32,000 nt of DNA, taken from contig CAZMNT010000002.1 in the NCBI GenBank assembly GCA_964567715.1, forward strand, positions 1-32,000, read 5' to 3'. The notes under the pieces are model-generated. The model saw only the letters and a list, made by a program, of their open reading frames with translations. It was not told where the DNA came from and ran no database searches. Made by a program: the position numbers and the translations under genes. This DNA comes from an uncultured Nitrosopumilaceae archaeon (lineage in GTDB: Archaea > Thermoproteota > Nitrososphaeria > Nitrososphaerales > Nitrosopumilaceae). This document shows positions 1 to 8,221 of the stretch, one piece after another; position 1 is the stretch's first letter, and the number at the start of each line of letters is the position of its first letter.

Positions 1-190
1 GTCTCATTTATCGTTTTTGAATGACTAAACGACACTTTGATTAGATTCTAGAACAAAAATAGAGTCAAACCGGAGTGGGTTGGCGTCTCGGTTCACAGAT
101 CTTTGAGACAGGGTATGTCCGCTACGTAAAATCATAAGGTGATTTGGGTGAAACAAAATCTTACCACAATTTTTTTATTTTGAATTAATT

Positions 191-448
191 TTACTTTTGT
201 TTTTTTAAATAAACAGCGTCATTGATCACCTGCCCGTATTCAGATAGGCACATAGAACAGGGTGGTTTTCCGTCTTTGTTGGTTTCTGGTCGTGAGTGTG
301 TCGCTGACAGCGTATTCAAAATATTATGGCTTCCGGAGCCTGTCCTAGGATCCTTGTTAGATAGAATCATTTCACGTACCTTATTTTGAATCCATTCAAA
401 GCCAATTCTGTTTGCGTTACACTTTTTACATTTCTTGAATTCTACCAT
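191..448 (-). CDS. hypothetical small zinc-ribbon-like protein
   Basis: 85-aa ORF with CKKC near the N-terminus and CSMC near the C-terminus. No family recognised. Confidence 0.4.
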   Translation of the reverse strand: MVEFKKCKKCNANRIGFEWIQNKVREMILSNKDPRTGSGSHNILNTLSATHSRPETNKDGKPPCSMCLSEYGQVINDAVYLKKQK

Positions 449-502
449 TCATTATGCTATTTCCCGCCTCGTCTAAACCTTTGTGGAGATTGGTTTCAGG
501 TT

Positions 503-1480
503 CTATTTTGGAGGCCCAAACTTTCTAATCTCTCCATTTTCCGTCACATTTGGTTTGGAAGGGATTTTGATGTCTAGTAATTCTCGCAGTCCTTTGTGCC
601 TATTTCTTATTGTTACTTCTGTGACTCCTGCTGCCATGGCAATAACTTTCTGCGTTACCACATCGTTGTTTATTACACATGAAAGATAGAGTGCCGCGGC
701 TGCAAGGCCCATAGGATCTTTTCCCGCAGTAATCTCAATTTTGTTTGCATCTTCCAGAATTGTAATAGCATAGCGTGTTACCTTCTCGCTTAGTTTGACT
801 TGATTTGCTATTCTAGATATGCAGCGAATAGGATCCACCACCGGCATTGTAAGATCTAGCTCTTTTAGGAGCAATCGGTAGCATCTTGACACATCTTTTC
901 TTTTTATGTTGATCTGGCAGGCTACGTCATTTAGAGTCCTTGGAGTGCCAGTTTCTCTACATGCCAGATATATAGCTGCGGCTATCATTCCAGAGATTGA
1001 TCTCCCTCTTGTAAGATTTTTCTCTACAGCTTTTCTGTATATGTAAGCCGTCTTTTCTACAACCGAATCAGACAGTGCAATCTTGTCTTTGATTCTGTCA
1101 AGCTCGCTAAATGCTTGTCTGAAATTTTTATCTTGAGACTCGTGAATTTGACTTCTGCCATCCCATTTTCTAAGTCTCTTAATTGTGCTTTTCATTGATA
1201 CTGAGAGTGGTTTTCCAGTGGCGTCCCTATCGTCATGTCCAATCATCGTTGCAAGCCCCATGTCATGTACTGCAAGAGACGATGGCAGACCGGTTCTTGC
1301 CCTATCCTCGTGTTCCCCTTTTGAAAATCCCCGCCTTTCTGGTTCTGAATTATCATCAATTCGCTCGTTGATAACAATGCCGCATCCCGCGCAAAATCTC
1401 TCTCCAGTTGAGTTATCAGTAACCATGGTACCTTTTCCGCAGCGGTTACAGCGTATACCGTCATGATTTTGAAAAACCAT
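503..1480 (-). CDS. tfb: transcription initiation factor IIB (TFB)
   Basis: N-terminal zinc ribbon (CNRCG...CAGCG) followed by two cyclin-like repeats typical of TFB/TFIIB. The track ORF starts at TTG 1483, and the adjacent ATG at 1480 is the more likely start. A TATA-like 'actatatc' lies about 25 nt upstream. Confidence 0.93.
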   Translation of the reverse strand: MVFQNHDGIRCNRCGKGTMVTDNSTGERFCAGCGIVINERIDDNSEPERRGFSKGEHEDRARTGLPSSLAVHDMGLATMIGHDDRDATGKPLSVSMKSTIKRLRKWDGRSQIHESQDKNFRQAFSELDRIKDKIALSDSVVEKTAYIYRKAVEKNLTRGRSISGMIAAAIYLACRETGTPRTLNDVACQINIKRKDVSRCYRLLLKELDLTMPVVDPIRCISRIANQVKLSEKVTRYAITILEDANKIEITAGKDPMGLAAAALYLSCVINNDVVTQKVIAMAAGVTEVTIRNRHKGLRELLDIKIPSKPNVTENGEIRKFGPPK

Positions 1481-1605
1481 CAAAAAGTCGCATAGATATA
1501 GTTCTCATGCAATAAGAATGGTTGTATTTTAGAAATTGTGAAATTAAACAATCAGACCATTCTTATTGAAGTGTGGTGTATGATGATAAGAAAGGAGGTA
1601 CAGTA

Positions 1606-1899
1606 ATGAGTTATAGCGGTGGTTATGGAAGATCTAACCGAGGATACGGTAGAGACAGAGGTTTTGGAAGACGAGAATTTTATAATACACCAAAACCAGT
1701 CGAAACAGGAAAGGAATACGATGTTTCCATAACAGAAATTAGCAGAAAAGGAGACGGTATAGCAAGAGTGCAAGGCTTTGTTATATTTGTAAAAGACGGA
1801 AAAGCAGGTCAGAATGCAAAAGTAAAGATCACACAGGTTGGTCAGAGATTTGCATCTGCTGACATAGTAGAAGGTTCTTCACCAACTGCGTCTGAATAA
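1606..1899 (+). CDS. TRAM domain-containing protein with Gly/Arg-rich N-terminus
   Basis: TRAM-like core (YDVSITEISRKGDGIARVQGFVIFVKDGKAGQNAKVKITQV). GGAGG at 1594-1598 lies 7 nt before ATG 1606, favouring this internal start over 1573. Confidence 0.85.
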   Translation: MSYSGGYGRSNRGYGRDRGFGRREFYNTPKPVETGKEYDVSITEISRKGDGIARVQGFVIFVKDGKAGQNAKVKITQVGQRFASADIVEGSSPTASE

Positions 1900-2077
1900 G
1901 TACGTTTATTCAAAAACACGTTTCATACCAATTTTTTTCAATCTATTTTTTACATATTCAATAAATTAATCTCGAACACTGTAACCGGACAATATCTAGA
2001 AATGATGGAATATCATGTAGAATGTCAAATTTTATACAATCAACAGTTCTTATTGGATAAGAATATAATCAAAAAAC

Positions 2078-2218
2078 ATGTCGTCAGACAGACAAATGTA
2101 TCCTGCTACTTGTGCAGACTGTAAAAAAGAGACACAAGTACCTTTCCAACCAAAAGAAGGAAGACCGGTGTATTGTCGCGAATGTTTACCAAAACATCGC
2201 GGCGAAAGAAGATTTTAA
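2078..2218 (+). CDS. small CxxC-x17-CxxC zinc-ribbon protein
   Basis: 46-aa ORF MSSDRQMYPATCADCKKETQVPFQPKEGRPVYCRECLPKHRGERRF, translated by hand and below the ORF-track cutoff. The CxxC-x17-CxxC spacing matches a known small-protein domain. Confidence 0.6.
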   Translation: MSSDRQMYPATCADCKKETQVPFQPKEGRPVYCRECLPKHRGERRF

Positions 2219-2552
2219 GCTGAAACACGCTTAAACTAACTTTTTATTATATCTGATAATTCTCCAATATGATAAATCTGTTCTACTACATGTTAAAGAA
2301 AAAATCCTTGAATATACAAAATATTGTAGAACCTATACTATCAGTTTCTCTTAAAGAAAACAAGATTGTATTAAAAAAGTGACCGGATAATTTTTCAGGT
2401 CACGGTTCTTATTTCTTAGATTTTTTAGATTTTGATGTAGTCTTTGTTTTTGATTTTGCTTTGGCTTTTGCCATCGCTTATGGTATATTGTATCACTATT
2501 AAGCATATTGAATTTATACACTGTAAATTTCACGTTAATTTTATTCTTGTAA

Positions 2553-3078
2553 AAAAAGCGTCTGATAGTAGATTTAGAATTTTATCACTGTGGTGTGTTC
2601 AGTAGCATCCACTTTAACTCGCTTCTGAAGCAAGTCCTCTATAACACATTTGTAGAGATTACCAAGATACAGCGACCAAGATTTGGGTGGAGACCATATG
2701 TACTGCGTGCATACTTTGACACACAGCTTCTCATGGCAGAATCAGGGGGAAAAATTGCAACATGACTTTCGCGTCTTCTTCATGGGTCATAAGGGAAGCA
2801 TGGAAGCCAAGTATACAACAAACAAGGGACTCTTGCCAGATGCATTGATTGAAGAAATGCGCCAAGCATTTAGACGAAGTGAGGAATTGCTTGACCTTGA
2901 GATGCAAAACAATGTAACAAAGGAAGAACAAGAAAATAAAACAAAATTCAGTTTGCAACCAGCTCAGATGGTTGTGTCACTTGAACAAGCAGAGACACTA
3001 ATCTCCCAAGGTTGGAGATTTGTTGCAACTTTGCCAAAAGACAAGGCAGTAGTGGAGAAAAATGGTAGCGGACAGTGA
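2553..3078 (+). pseudogene. tyrosine recombinase/integrase, C-terminal catalytic half only, frameshifted
   Basis: Frame 0 (2553-2762) reads ...RPRFGWRPYVLRAYFDTQLLMAESGGKI. Frame 1 continues HDFRVFFMGHKGSMEAKYTT..., which holds the box II LR..F and MGH...Y catalytic-Tyr region. The shift lies in a G5A5 run (2745-2754). An in-frame stop at 2550-2552 means no N-terminal half is present. Confidence 0.6.
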
Positions 3079-3100
3079 CCTGTCTGAAAGGAATGATAAG

Positions 3101-3188
3101 GTGGACCGGGTGGGATTTAAACCCAAGCATCTGAGCTAACGGATCAGCGTTTTTCAGACGCTCGCATTCCATACTATGCGACCCGCAC
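3101..3188 (-). tRNA. tRNA-like element, probably a degenerate tRNA or att remnant (anticodon-loop-like CTGAAAA, GAA)
   Basis: The minus strand shows a D-arm-like hairpin GCAT-AGTATGGA-ATGC, an anticodon-like hairpin AGCGT-CTGAAAA-ACGCT and a T-arm-like TGGG-TTTAAAT-CCCA. The acceptor strands (GTGCGGG vs CCCG-GTC-CAC) pair only with a 3-nt bulge, and a 19-nt extra segment precedes the T arm. It is not a canonical cloverleaf. Confidence 0.35.
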
Positions 3189-3356
3189 AAAATTCTTCAT
3201 ACAGAGCTACCATAAATAGCCTATTTTGAGTCAACAGTTATCCCAAGGTGTAAATCAATGACATAGACAGACATAGATACGTTCATCCAAAACTCCGAAT
3301 TTACTACCTGAAGATACTGTTAATTATGGTTTTCACGTAATAAAAGATCTCTGGAT

Positions 3357-4157
3357 ATGTCTGATATGTCAATGACAATCATGGAACATCTTGAGGAGCT
3401 AAGAAAGCGACTCTTCAGGATGGTAATTGCAGTTGGTGTTGTCTCCTTTTTCATCCTAGGGTTCCATCTTACGCCGTTTGTTTACAATGGAGTTCATCTC
3501 TACTATCCTACTTTCAGTCCGTTTGACAACATAGCAGCTCAAGTCACAGTATCAATGAAGCATAATTTGCTTCCACCAGAAGTACAGCTGATCCAGACAG
3601 CGCCAGGGCAGGCATTTTTTTCTCAGTTCTATATCGCAGTCTTGCTTGGAATTGCGGTGGCAATGCCTGTAATAGTAAGAGAGTTTATAGCATTTCTCTC
3701 ACCTGCCTTTGCCAAAAAAGAGATCCAGATAATAAAATCAATCACTTTACCTGCAGTAGGTCTCTTTGTTGCAGGATGCGTCTTTTCGTACACGGTTGTC
3801 ACTCCATACATGCTTGCATTTCTCTACAAGTATGGCGTGTCTGCAGGTCTGCTGACATTTCTCAATATTGTTGATTTTATCACATTTGTATTACAATTCA
3901 TGCTTGCCTTTGGAATATCATTCCAGCTGCCACTCATCATGTATGCAGTTACTGCATCAGGAATGGTTGACGAAAAGTTTTGGAGGCGCAACATAAAGTG
4001 GGCCGTCATTGCCATAGTCATACTTGGCGCTGCAATAACCCCTGATGGAAGCGGAGTTACAATGTGGTTTGTGGCAGGACCTCTCATAGGACTATATCTA
4101 ATGGGCATGTTCCTCTCAGAGAGAAAGGCACGACAGATTGATACACTTAAATCTTAA
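3357..4157 (+). CDS. tatC: twin-arginine translocase subunit TatC
   Basis: 266-aa polytopic membrane protein with a TatC-type N-terminus (MEHLEELRKRL) and a six-helix hydrophobic pattern. It is followed by tatA. Confidence 0.9.
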   Translation: MSDMSMTIMEHLEELRKRLFRMVIAVGVVSFFILGFHLTPFVYNGVHLYYPTFSPFDNIAAQVTVSMKHNLLPPEVQLIQTAPGQAFFSQFYIAVLLGIAVAMPVIVREFIAFLSPAFAKKEIQIIKSITLPAVGLFVAGCVFSYTVVTPYMLAFLYKYGVSAGLLTFLNIVDFITFVLQFMLAFGISFQLPLIMYAVTASGMVDEKFWRRNIKWAVIAIVILGAAITPDGSGVTMWFVAGPLIGLYLMGMFLSERKARQIDTLKS

Positions 4158-4178
4158 TCTGCCGCATTAATAGCACTC

Positions 4179-4355
4179 ATGGCGTACGAGAATGTAATAA
4201 TTGCTGTCGTTATTATAGGGGTACTGATCTTTGGAGCAAAAAAGATCCCCGAACTTGCTCGAACATTTGGCAAGGCCAAAGGCGAGTATGAGAAAGGCAG
4301 AATCGAAGCCGAAAAAGAGCTAAAGGAATTCAAGGACAAAGAAGATCTCAAGTAA
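4179..4355 (+). CDS. tatA: twin-arginine translocase TatA/E family protein
   Basis: 58-aa ORF MAYENVIIAVVIIGVLIFGAKKIPELARTFGKAKGEYEKG..., with one TM helix, the FGxKK.PEL hinge and an amphipathic helix. It is below the track cutoff. The listed antisense ORF 4154..4351 is its shadow. Confidence 0.8.
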   Translation: MAYENVIIAVVIIGVLIFGAKKIPELARTFGKAKGEYEKGRIEAEKELKEFKDKEDLK

Positions 4356-4391
4356 CGAACGCTTTTTTACCCATTCAAAAATAGATTTTGC

Positions 4392-5483
4392 ATGATCAAA
4401 AGATCAGAGATTCAAAAGATAGCAAGTGGGTACTCTGATCTGTCAATTGGCACACTTGGCAGCCACTCTGCACTTGAAATCATGGACGGCGCAAAGGACG
4501 AAAACTTTAGAACCTGCGTAATCTGCCAGAAGGGAAGAGAGGTTCCCTACAAAAGGTTCTCGCGAATTGCAGACGAGATAATCATAGTAAGCAAGTTCAA
4601 AGAGATGCTCTTACCCAAGATCCAGTCAAAACTTATGGCAGAGAACACCATCATAGTTCCCCACAGGGCCCTTACTGCATATCTTGGATATGACGCGGTA
4701 GAAAACAGGTTCAAGGTTCCGCTCTTTGGAAATCGTGCACTGTTCCAGGCAGAAGAACGCTCGCATAAGAAAAACCAATACTATTTGCTTCAAAAGGCCA
4801 AGATAAGACTGCCCAAGATATTCAAGGACCCAAAAGAGATAGACAGGCCCGTAATTGTAAAGGTGCAAGAAAAGTCTCGCAAGCTAGAGCGTGCCTTTTT
4901 CATGGCAACATCCTATGCAGACTATAAAGACAAGACCGAACAAAAAATAAGACAGGGCCTCATCTCGCGTGATGCACTAAAGATTGCAGGTATTGAGGAA
5001 TTTGTTGTCGGGACCTACTTTAACTTCAACTATTTTCACACACCAATATCCGACGAGGTAGACTTTCTTGGAATAGAAAGAAGGTTGCAGACAAACGTCC
5101 ATGACTTTGTCTCCCTTCCTGCAAAGCAGCAGCTTGAGACAAACATAGAGCTTCAAAACATAGAGGTGGGCCACACCCCTGCCAGCATCCGAGAGTCACT
5201 ACTTGAAAAGGTCATCGAGGCGGGAGACAAGTTTGTGTCAGCAGTCAAAAAAGTGTACCCTCCCGGAATCATCGGTCCGTTCTCCCTTCAAAGTGTGATC
5301 ACAAGAGACCTTGAGATTGTAGTGTATGATGTCTCACTTAGAGTACCAGGCAACCCAATTCTTGCCACTACCAGTCCCTATACAAAGTACAAGTACGGAA
5401 CAACCTTTGGAGTTGGCAGAAGAATTGCAATGGAATTACACAAAGCCCAGCAAGAAGACAAGCTAGAACAGATAGTAACCTAG
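4392..5483 (+). CDS. purP: 5-formaminoimidazole-4-carboxamide ribonucleotide (FAICAR) synthetase PurP, ATP-grasp
   Basis: Strong resemblance to archaeal PurP: IGTLGSHSALEIMDGAKDENFRT..QKGREVPYKRF, IVPHRALTAYLGYDAVEN, FGNR, IRESLL, PPGIIGPFSLQ. Confidence 0.9.
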   Translation: MIKRSEIQKIASGYSDLSIGTLGSHSALEIMDGAKDENFRTCVICQKGREVPYKRFSRIADEIIIVSKFKEMLLPKIQSKLMAENTIIVPHRALTAYLGYDAVENRFKVPLFGNRALFQAEERSHKKNQYYLLQKAKIRLPKIFKDPKEIDRPVIVKVQEKSRKLERAFFMATSYADYKDKTEQKIRQGLISRDALKIAGIEEFVVGTYFNFNYFHTPISDEVDFLGIERRLQTNVHDFVSLPAKQQLETNIELQNIEVGHTPASIRESLLEKVIEAGDKFVSAVKKVYPPGIIGPFSLQSVITRDLEIVVYDVSLRVPGNPILATTSPYTKYKYGTTFGVGRRIAMELHKAQQEDKLEQIVT

Positions 5484-5905
5484 GCCTCCATCTTCTCTTT
5501 TAAGAGATTTTTTCTGACAAGTATTGGCACGTTGTAAAAAGTTGCAAGAGCTATTGCATCAGACGCCCTATAGTTTCGCATCACAACATCGTGTTTTCCG
5601 GTAAAGTAGAGGTTGGCTCGCAACACGCTGCCGCTCTCGTACACCTTTATTCTTACAAGCACAAGCCCGTTTATCTCAGAGAGTTCTTCGATCATGTTGT
5701 ATATGGTAGGAATTGCACCTCTATCGCCATCTATGAAATTTGAGATGTGCCTTGCAACCTCGCCTGAAAAGGCGCGCATGTGAAACTCCTTGTCGTCATC
5801 GGATTTTAGAACAACAAGCCCTTCCACTCCGTATGGATCGACAAAGCCCACATGTGTGATCGTGGTCGTCACATAATCAGAGTCCTGAGGTTCATCTATC
5901 TTCAT
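5480..5905 (-). CDS. bifunctional nuclease family protein (DUF151/BFN)
   Basis: 141 aa. The pattern ...VVLKSDDDKEFHMRAFSGEVARHI...IPTIYNMI...RANLYF...RASDAIALA...PILV is typical of the DUF151 family. Confidence 0.78.
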   Translation of the reverse strand: MKIDEPQDSDYVTTTITHVGFVDPYGVEGLVVLKSDDDKEFHMRAFSGEVARHISNFIDGDRGAIPTIYNMIEELSEINGLVLVRIKVYESGSVLRANLYFTGKHDVVMRNYRASDAIALATFYNVPILVRKNLLKEKMEA

Positions 5906-6064
5906 AATATAGGTCTCTATGGCTCATCATAAGATAAATACTTTGTAAGAATTTCTCCTTTGGGAAAGACAGATAGGATTTAATGTTCCCATTCACCGTT
6001 TTGTTAGTTGGAAAAGCAGAGCATAGTTCCTAGATCACGCAGAGTATTGATAATTGTCTGATTT

Positions 6065-6262
6065 TTGGTCATTGCAGTATCATTTCTTGCGTATGCAAGA
6101 AACAATCAGATCATAGTAACACTGGCTGCCATACCAGCTTTTCAGAACATGGCAGTTGCCACATATGTCATATTGTTTACCTCCTTTGGAGTCATTGGAT
6201 GGTCGATTTACAAGTTTTACAAGGCAGAGATAGAGTTTCCCGACTCGTCAATTGCTCAATGA
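6065..6262 (+). CDS. hypothetical small membrane protein
   Basis: 65-aa ORF with a TTG start directly after an in-frame stop and two hydrophobic segments. No family recognised. Confidence 0.3.
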   Translation: MVIAVSFLAYARNNQIIVTLAAIPAFQNMAVATYVILFTSFGVIGWSIYKFYKAEIEFPDSSIAQ

Positions 6263-6829
6263 TTTCCAACACCATAAACAAGAAGAGGGCAAAGAGAATC
6301 TTTGTCATAAGTACCACAGGATAAGGAATTTCTTTGGTCGGGCCTCAGGTATCATATTTTACAAACCTGAAATTAATGTAACAGATTATGGATTTCCGAC
6401 TCCGCCACACATCGAGCTCTCTCCCTACTGTGATCTACCAAGATACATGCCTATGATTTTGCATTCTTTACAGAGTATTGGAGTTACAAATTGTTCCGCT
6501 AAACTTGGTTCTTCTTGTAATGTCTTTTCTTGTCGGACTGAACTTTTCTCTTGTTGCAACCACCTTTGCGGCAGCCAAGAGCACAGACAAGTTTGGCACG
6601 TTTGGCGCGCTGACAGGACTATGTAGGATGCCCAACATGTGAGGAACTGCGTTTACAATGCTTTTTGGTCGTGGAGCCAGTGCAAGGGGCGTAACATCGT
6701 TTTTGATAAGCTATGAAGCACAGCTGCAAGCCATATTTATAGCTCTTTCAATCCCCATTCTAGTTGCCACTCCATACATCATGGCGAAAAAGATTAGAAA
6801 GGCACAAAACGGTAGCTGTGTATTAGAGC

Positions 6830-7084
6830 CTAAACAGCAGGTTTTGTTACCTGCGGGGTTTTCCAGTCCCCAATGTTGTAGCCTTTCTGCCTCAGATATT
6901 TGAGAGTAAGCTTGTAGACAAGTTCGTCATGATCAGAGGTTTCTAGGATCTCGCTCCATTGCACTACGCCTGTCTGTTCCACCTTCTTTGCAAGTTTCGA
7001 AGAGTTTTTTTCTGCGATTTTTCTGCATTGGTCAAATGTCTTGTCGTTCTTGTAGGCTCGAGTTCTGTCATCACACACATCCAT
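6830..7084 (-). CDS. hypothetical protein
   Basis: 84-aa hydrophilic ORF with protein-like composition, divergent from the methyltransferase gene. No family recognised. Confidence 0.45.
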   Translation of the reverse strand: MDVCDDRTRAYKNDKTFDQCRKIAEKNSSKLAKKVEQTGVVQWSEILETSDHDELVYKLTLKYLRQKGYNIGDWKTPQVTKPAV

Positions 7085-7169
7085 GATATCACGTTGTCTG
7101 ACCCAAATAAAAATCTGAAATCATATAACATAAAAGAATTTTAAACCAAATTTGACCACATGTAGATAA

Positions 7170-8090
7170 ATGCCAAGCCAAGATCAAAGGATAACATCCA
7201 TAAATCCGCTAGATATTCTTTTTTGGACATTTCGCAGAAACGAGACTGATGTCATAAATCTTTACGACGCACTTGCTTCTCTTATGCAGATTTGTACAGG
7301 AAGTAACATGCTCAACTTTGGATACTGGGATGGAACCACGACAGGTCCAGTTGAGGCGCAGAAGACTCTATGCAAGATTATTGGAGACATGGCAGAACTC
7401 GGTACGGCACAGAACGTTTTGGATGTAGGAAGCGGTTTCTCCGAGCCTGCAACAATTTGGAGAAGAGATTTTCCTCATCTAGAAATTTCCTGCCTGAATG
7501 TAAACCAGACCCAGCTTGCGACAGCCTCAAAGATTCTCAATGAAAATTACAATATGTTTCCAAGAGGAATAGGTCTTGTCAACTCCACCGCTACAAGATT
7601 GCCATTTGTCGAAAAGTCTATGGATAGAATAATTGCGTTGGAATCTGCCCAACACTTCAAGTCCTTTTCAGGGTTTGTGGCCGAGTGCAAAAGAATCCTC
7701 AAGGCAAAAGGAATTCTTGCCATAGCCATTCCTGTTATGACGCGAACCGGTAAGTCGCTTGAATTGTTCAACCTTGGTATTTTGTCATTTACATGGTCGT
7801 CTGAACACTATTCACTTGAGACTATCAAAGACACTATCGAAAATTCTGGTATGAAGATAGAGTCTGCAAATCTGATAGGCTCAAAGGTATACCAACCTCT
7901 TGCAGACTATTATGAAAAAAACAGAGAATATTTGAGATCAAAGATACTTGAGAGATATCCAACGTATGTGGAGAAGATTCTCTTCAAGTCATTGTTAAAG
8001 ATGAAAAATGTCTCGAAAAACGGAACCATAGACTATGCAGTTTTAAAAGTTGTCGCAGAACCACAAACAAAGCCTTATCTTGTAGATTGA
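7170..8090 (+). CDS. class I SAM-dependent methyltransferase
   Basis: Motif I VLDVGSGFSEPA, the post-I acidic region, and RLPFVEKSMDRIIALES (motif II/III pattern). 306 aa. Confidence 0.85.
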   Translation: MPSQDQRITSINPLDILFWTFRRNETDVINLYDALASLMQICTGSNMLNFGYWDGTTTGPVEAQKTLCKIIGDMAELGTAQNVLDVGSGFSEPATIWRRDFPHLEISCLNVNQTQLATASKILNENYNMFPRGIGLVNSTATRLPFVEKSMDRIIALESAQHFKSFSGFVAECKRILKAKGILAIAIPVMTRTGKSLELFNLGILSFTWSSEHYSLETIKDTIENSGMKIESANLIGSKVYQPLADYYEKNREYLRSKILERYPTYVEKILFKSLLKMKNVSKNGTIDYAVLKVVAEPQTKPYLVD

Positions 8091-8129
8091 CAGAGCATAT
8101 ATTGTAATACCAGTTATTCTGGTGCCCAA

Positions 8130-8165
8130 CTGCGTAGCATAATTTCTACGCAGGTGCCATTTTTA
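8130..8165 (+). terminator. hairpin plus T-run downstream of the methyltransferase gene
   Basis: Perfect 8-bp inverted repeat CTGCGTAG (8130-8137) / CTACGCAG (8146-8153) with an 8-nt loop, then T5 at 8160-8164. Confidence 0.3.
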
Positions 8166-8221
8166 TCAATTCCAAAAGAAAATGAAGCAAAGTTTAAACT
8201 TTATTTTCATTAAATGTTTAC

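Noticed and set aside
61-127. Possible att direct repeat matching the 3' part of the tRNA-like element (ACCGGaGTGGG vs ACCGG-GTGGG)
   Set aside because: The match is only about 11 nt with an indel and has no T-arm context, which is too short to distinguish from chance.
2948-3190. 80-aa minus-strand ORF
   Set aside because: It runs across the tRNA-like element and the integrase 3' end, and its sequence is not protein-like.
4154-4351. 65-aa minus-strand ORF
   Set aside because: It is antisense to a textbook TatA sequence directly downstream of tatC.
6252-6626. 124-aa plus-strand ORF
   Set aside because: It is Cys/His/Ser-rich and non-protein-like, with no motif. A different frame in the same region looks more like a decayed membrane protein.
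6640-6642. In-frame TGA (also 27756-27758) as selenocysteine or read-through codons
   Set aside because: I could not recognise a SECIS-like element, and both ORFs carry other lesions or truncations. Nonsense mutation is the simpler explanation.
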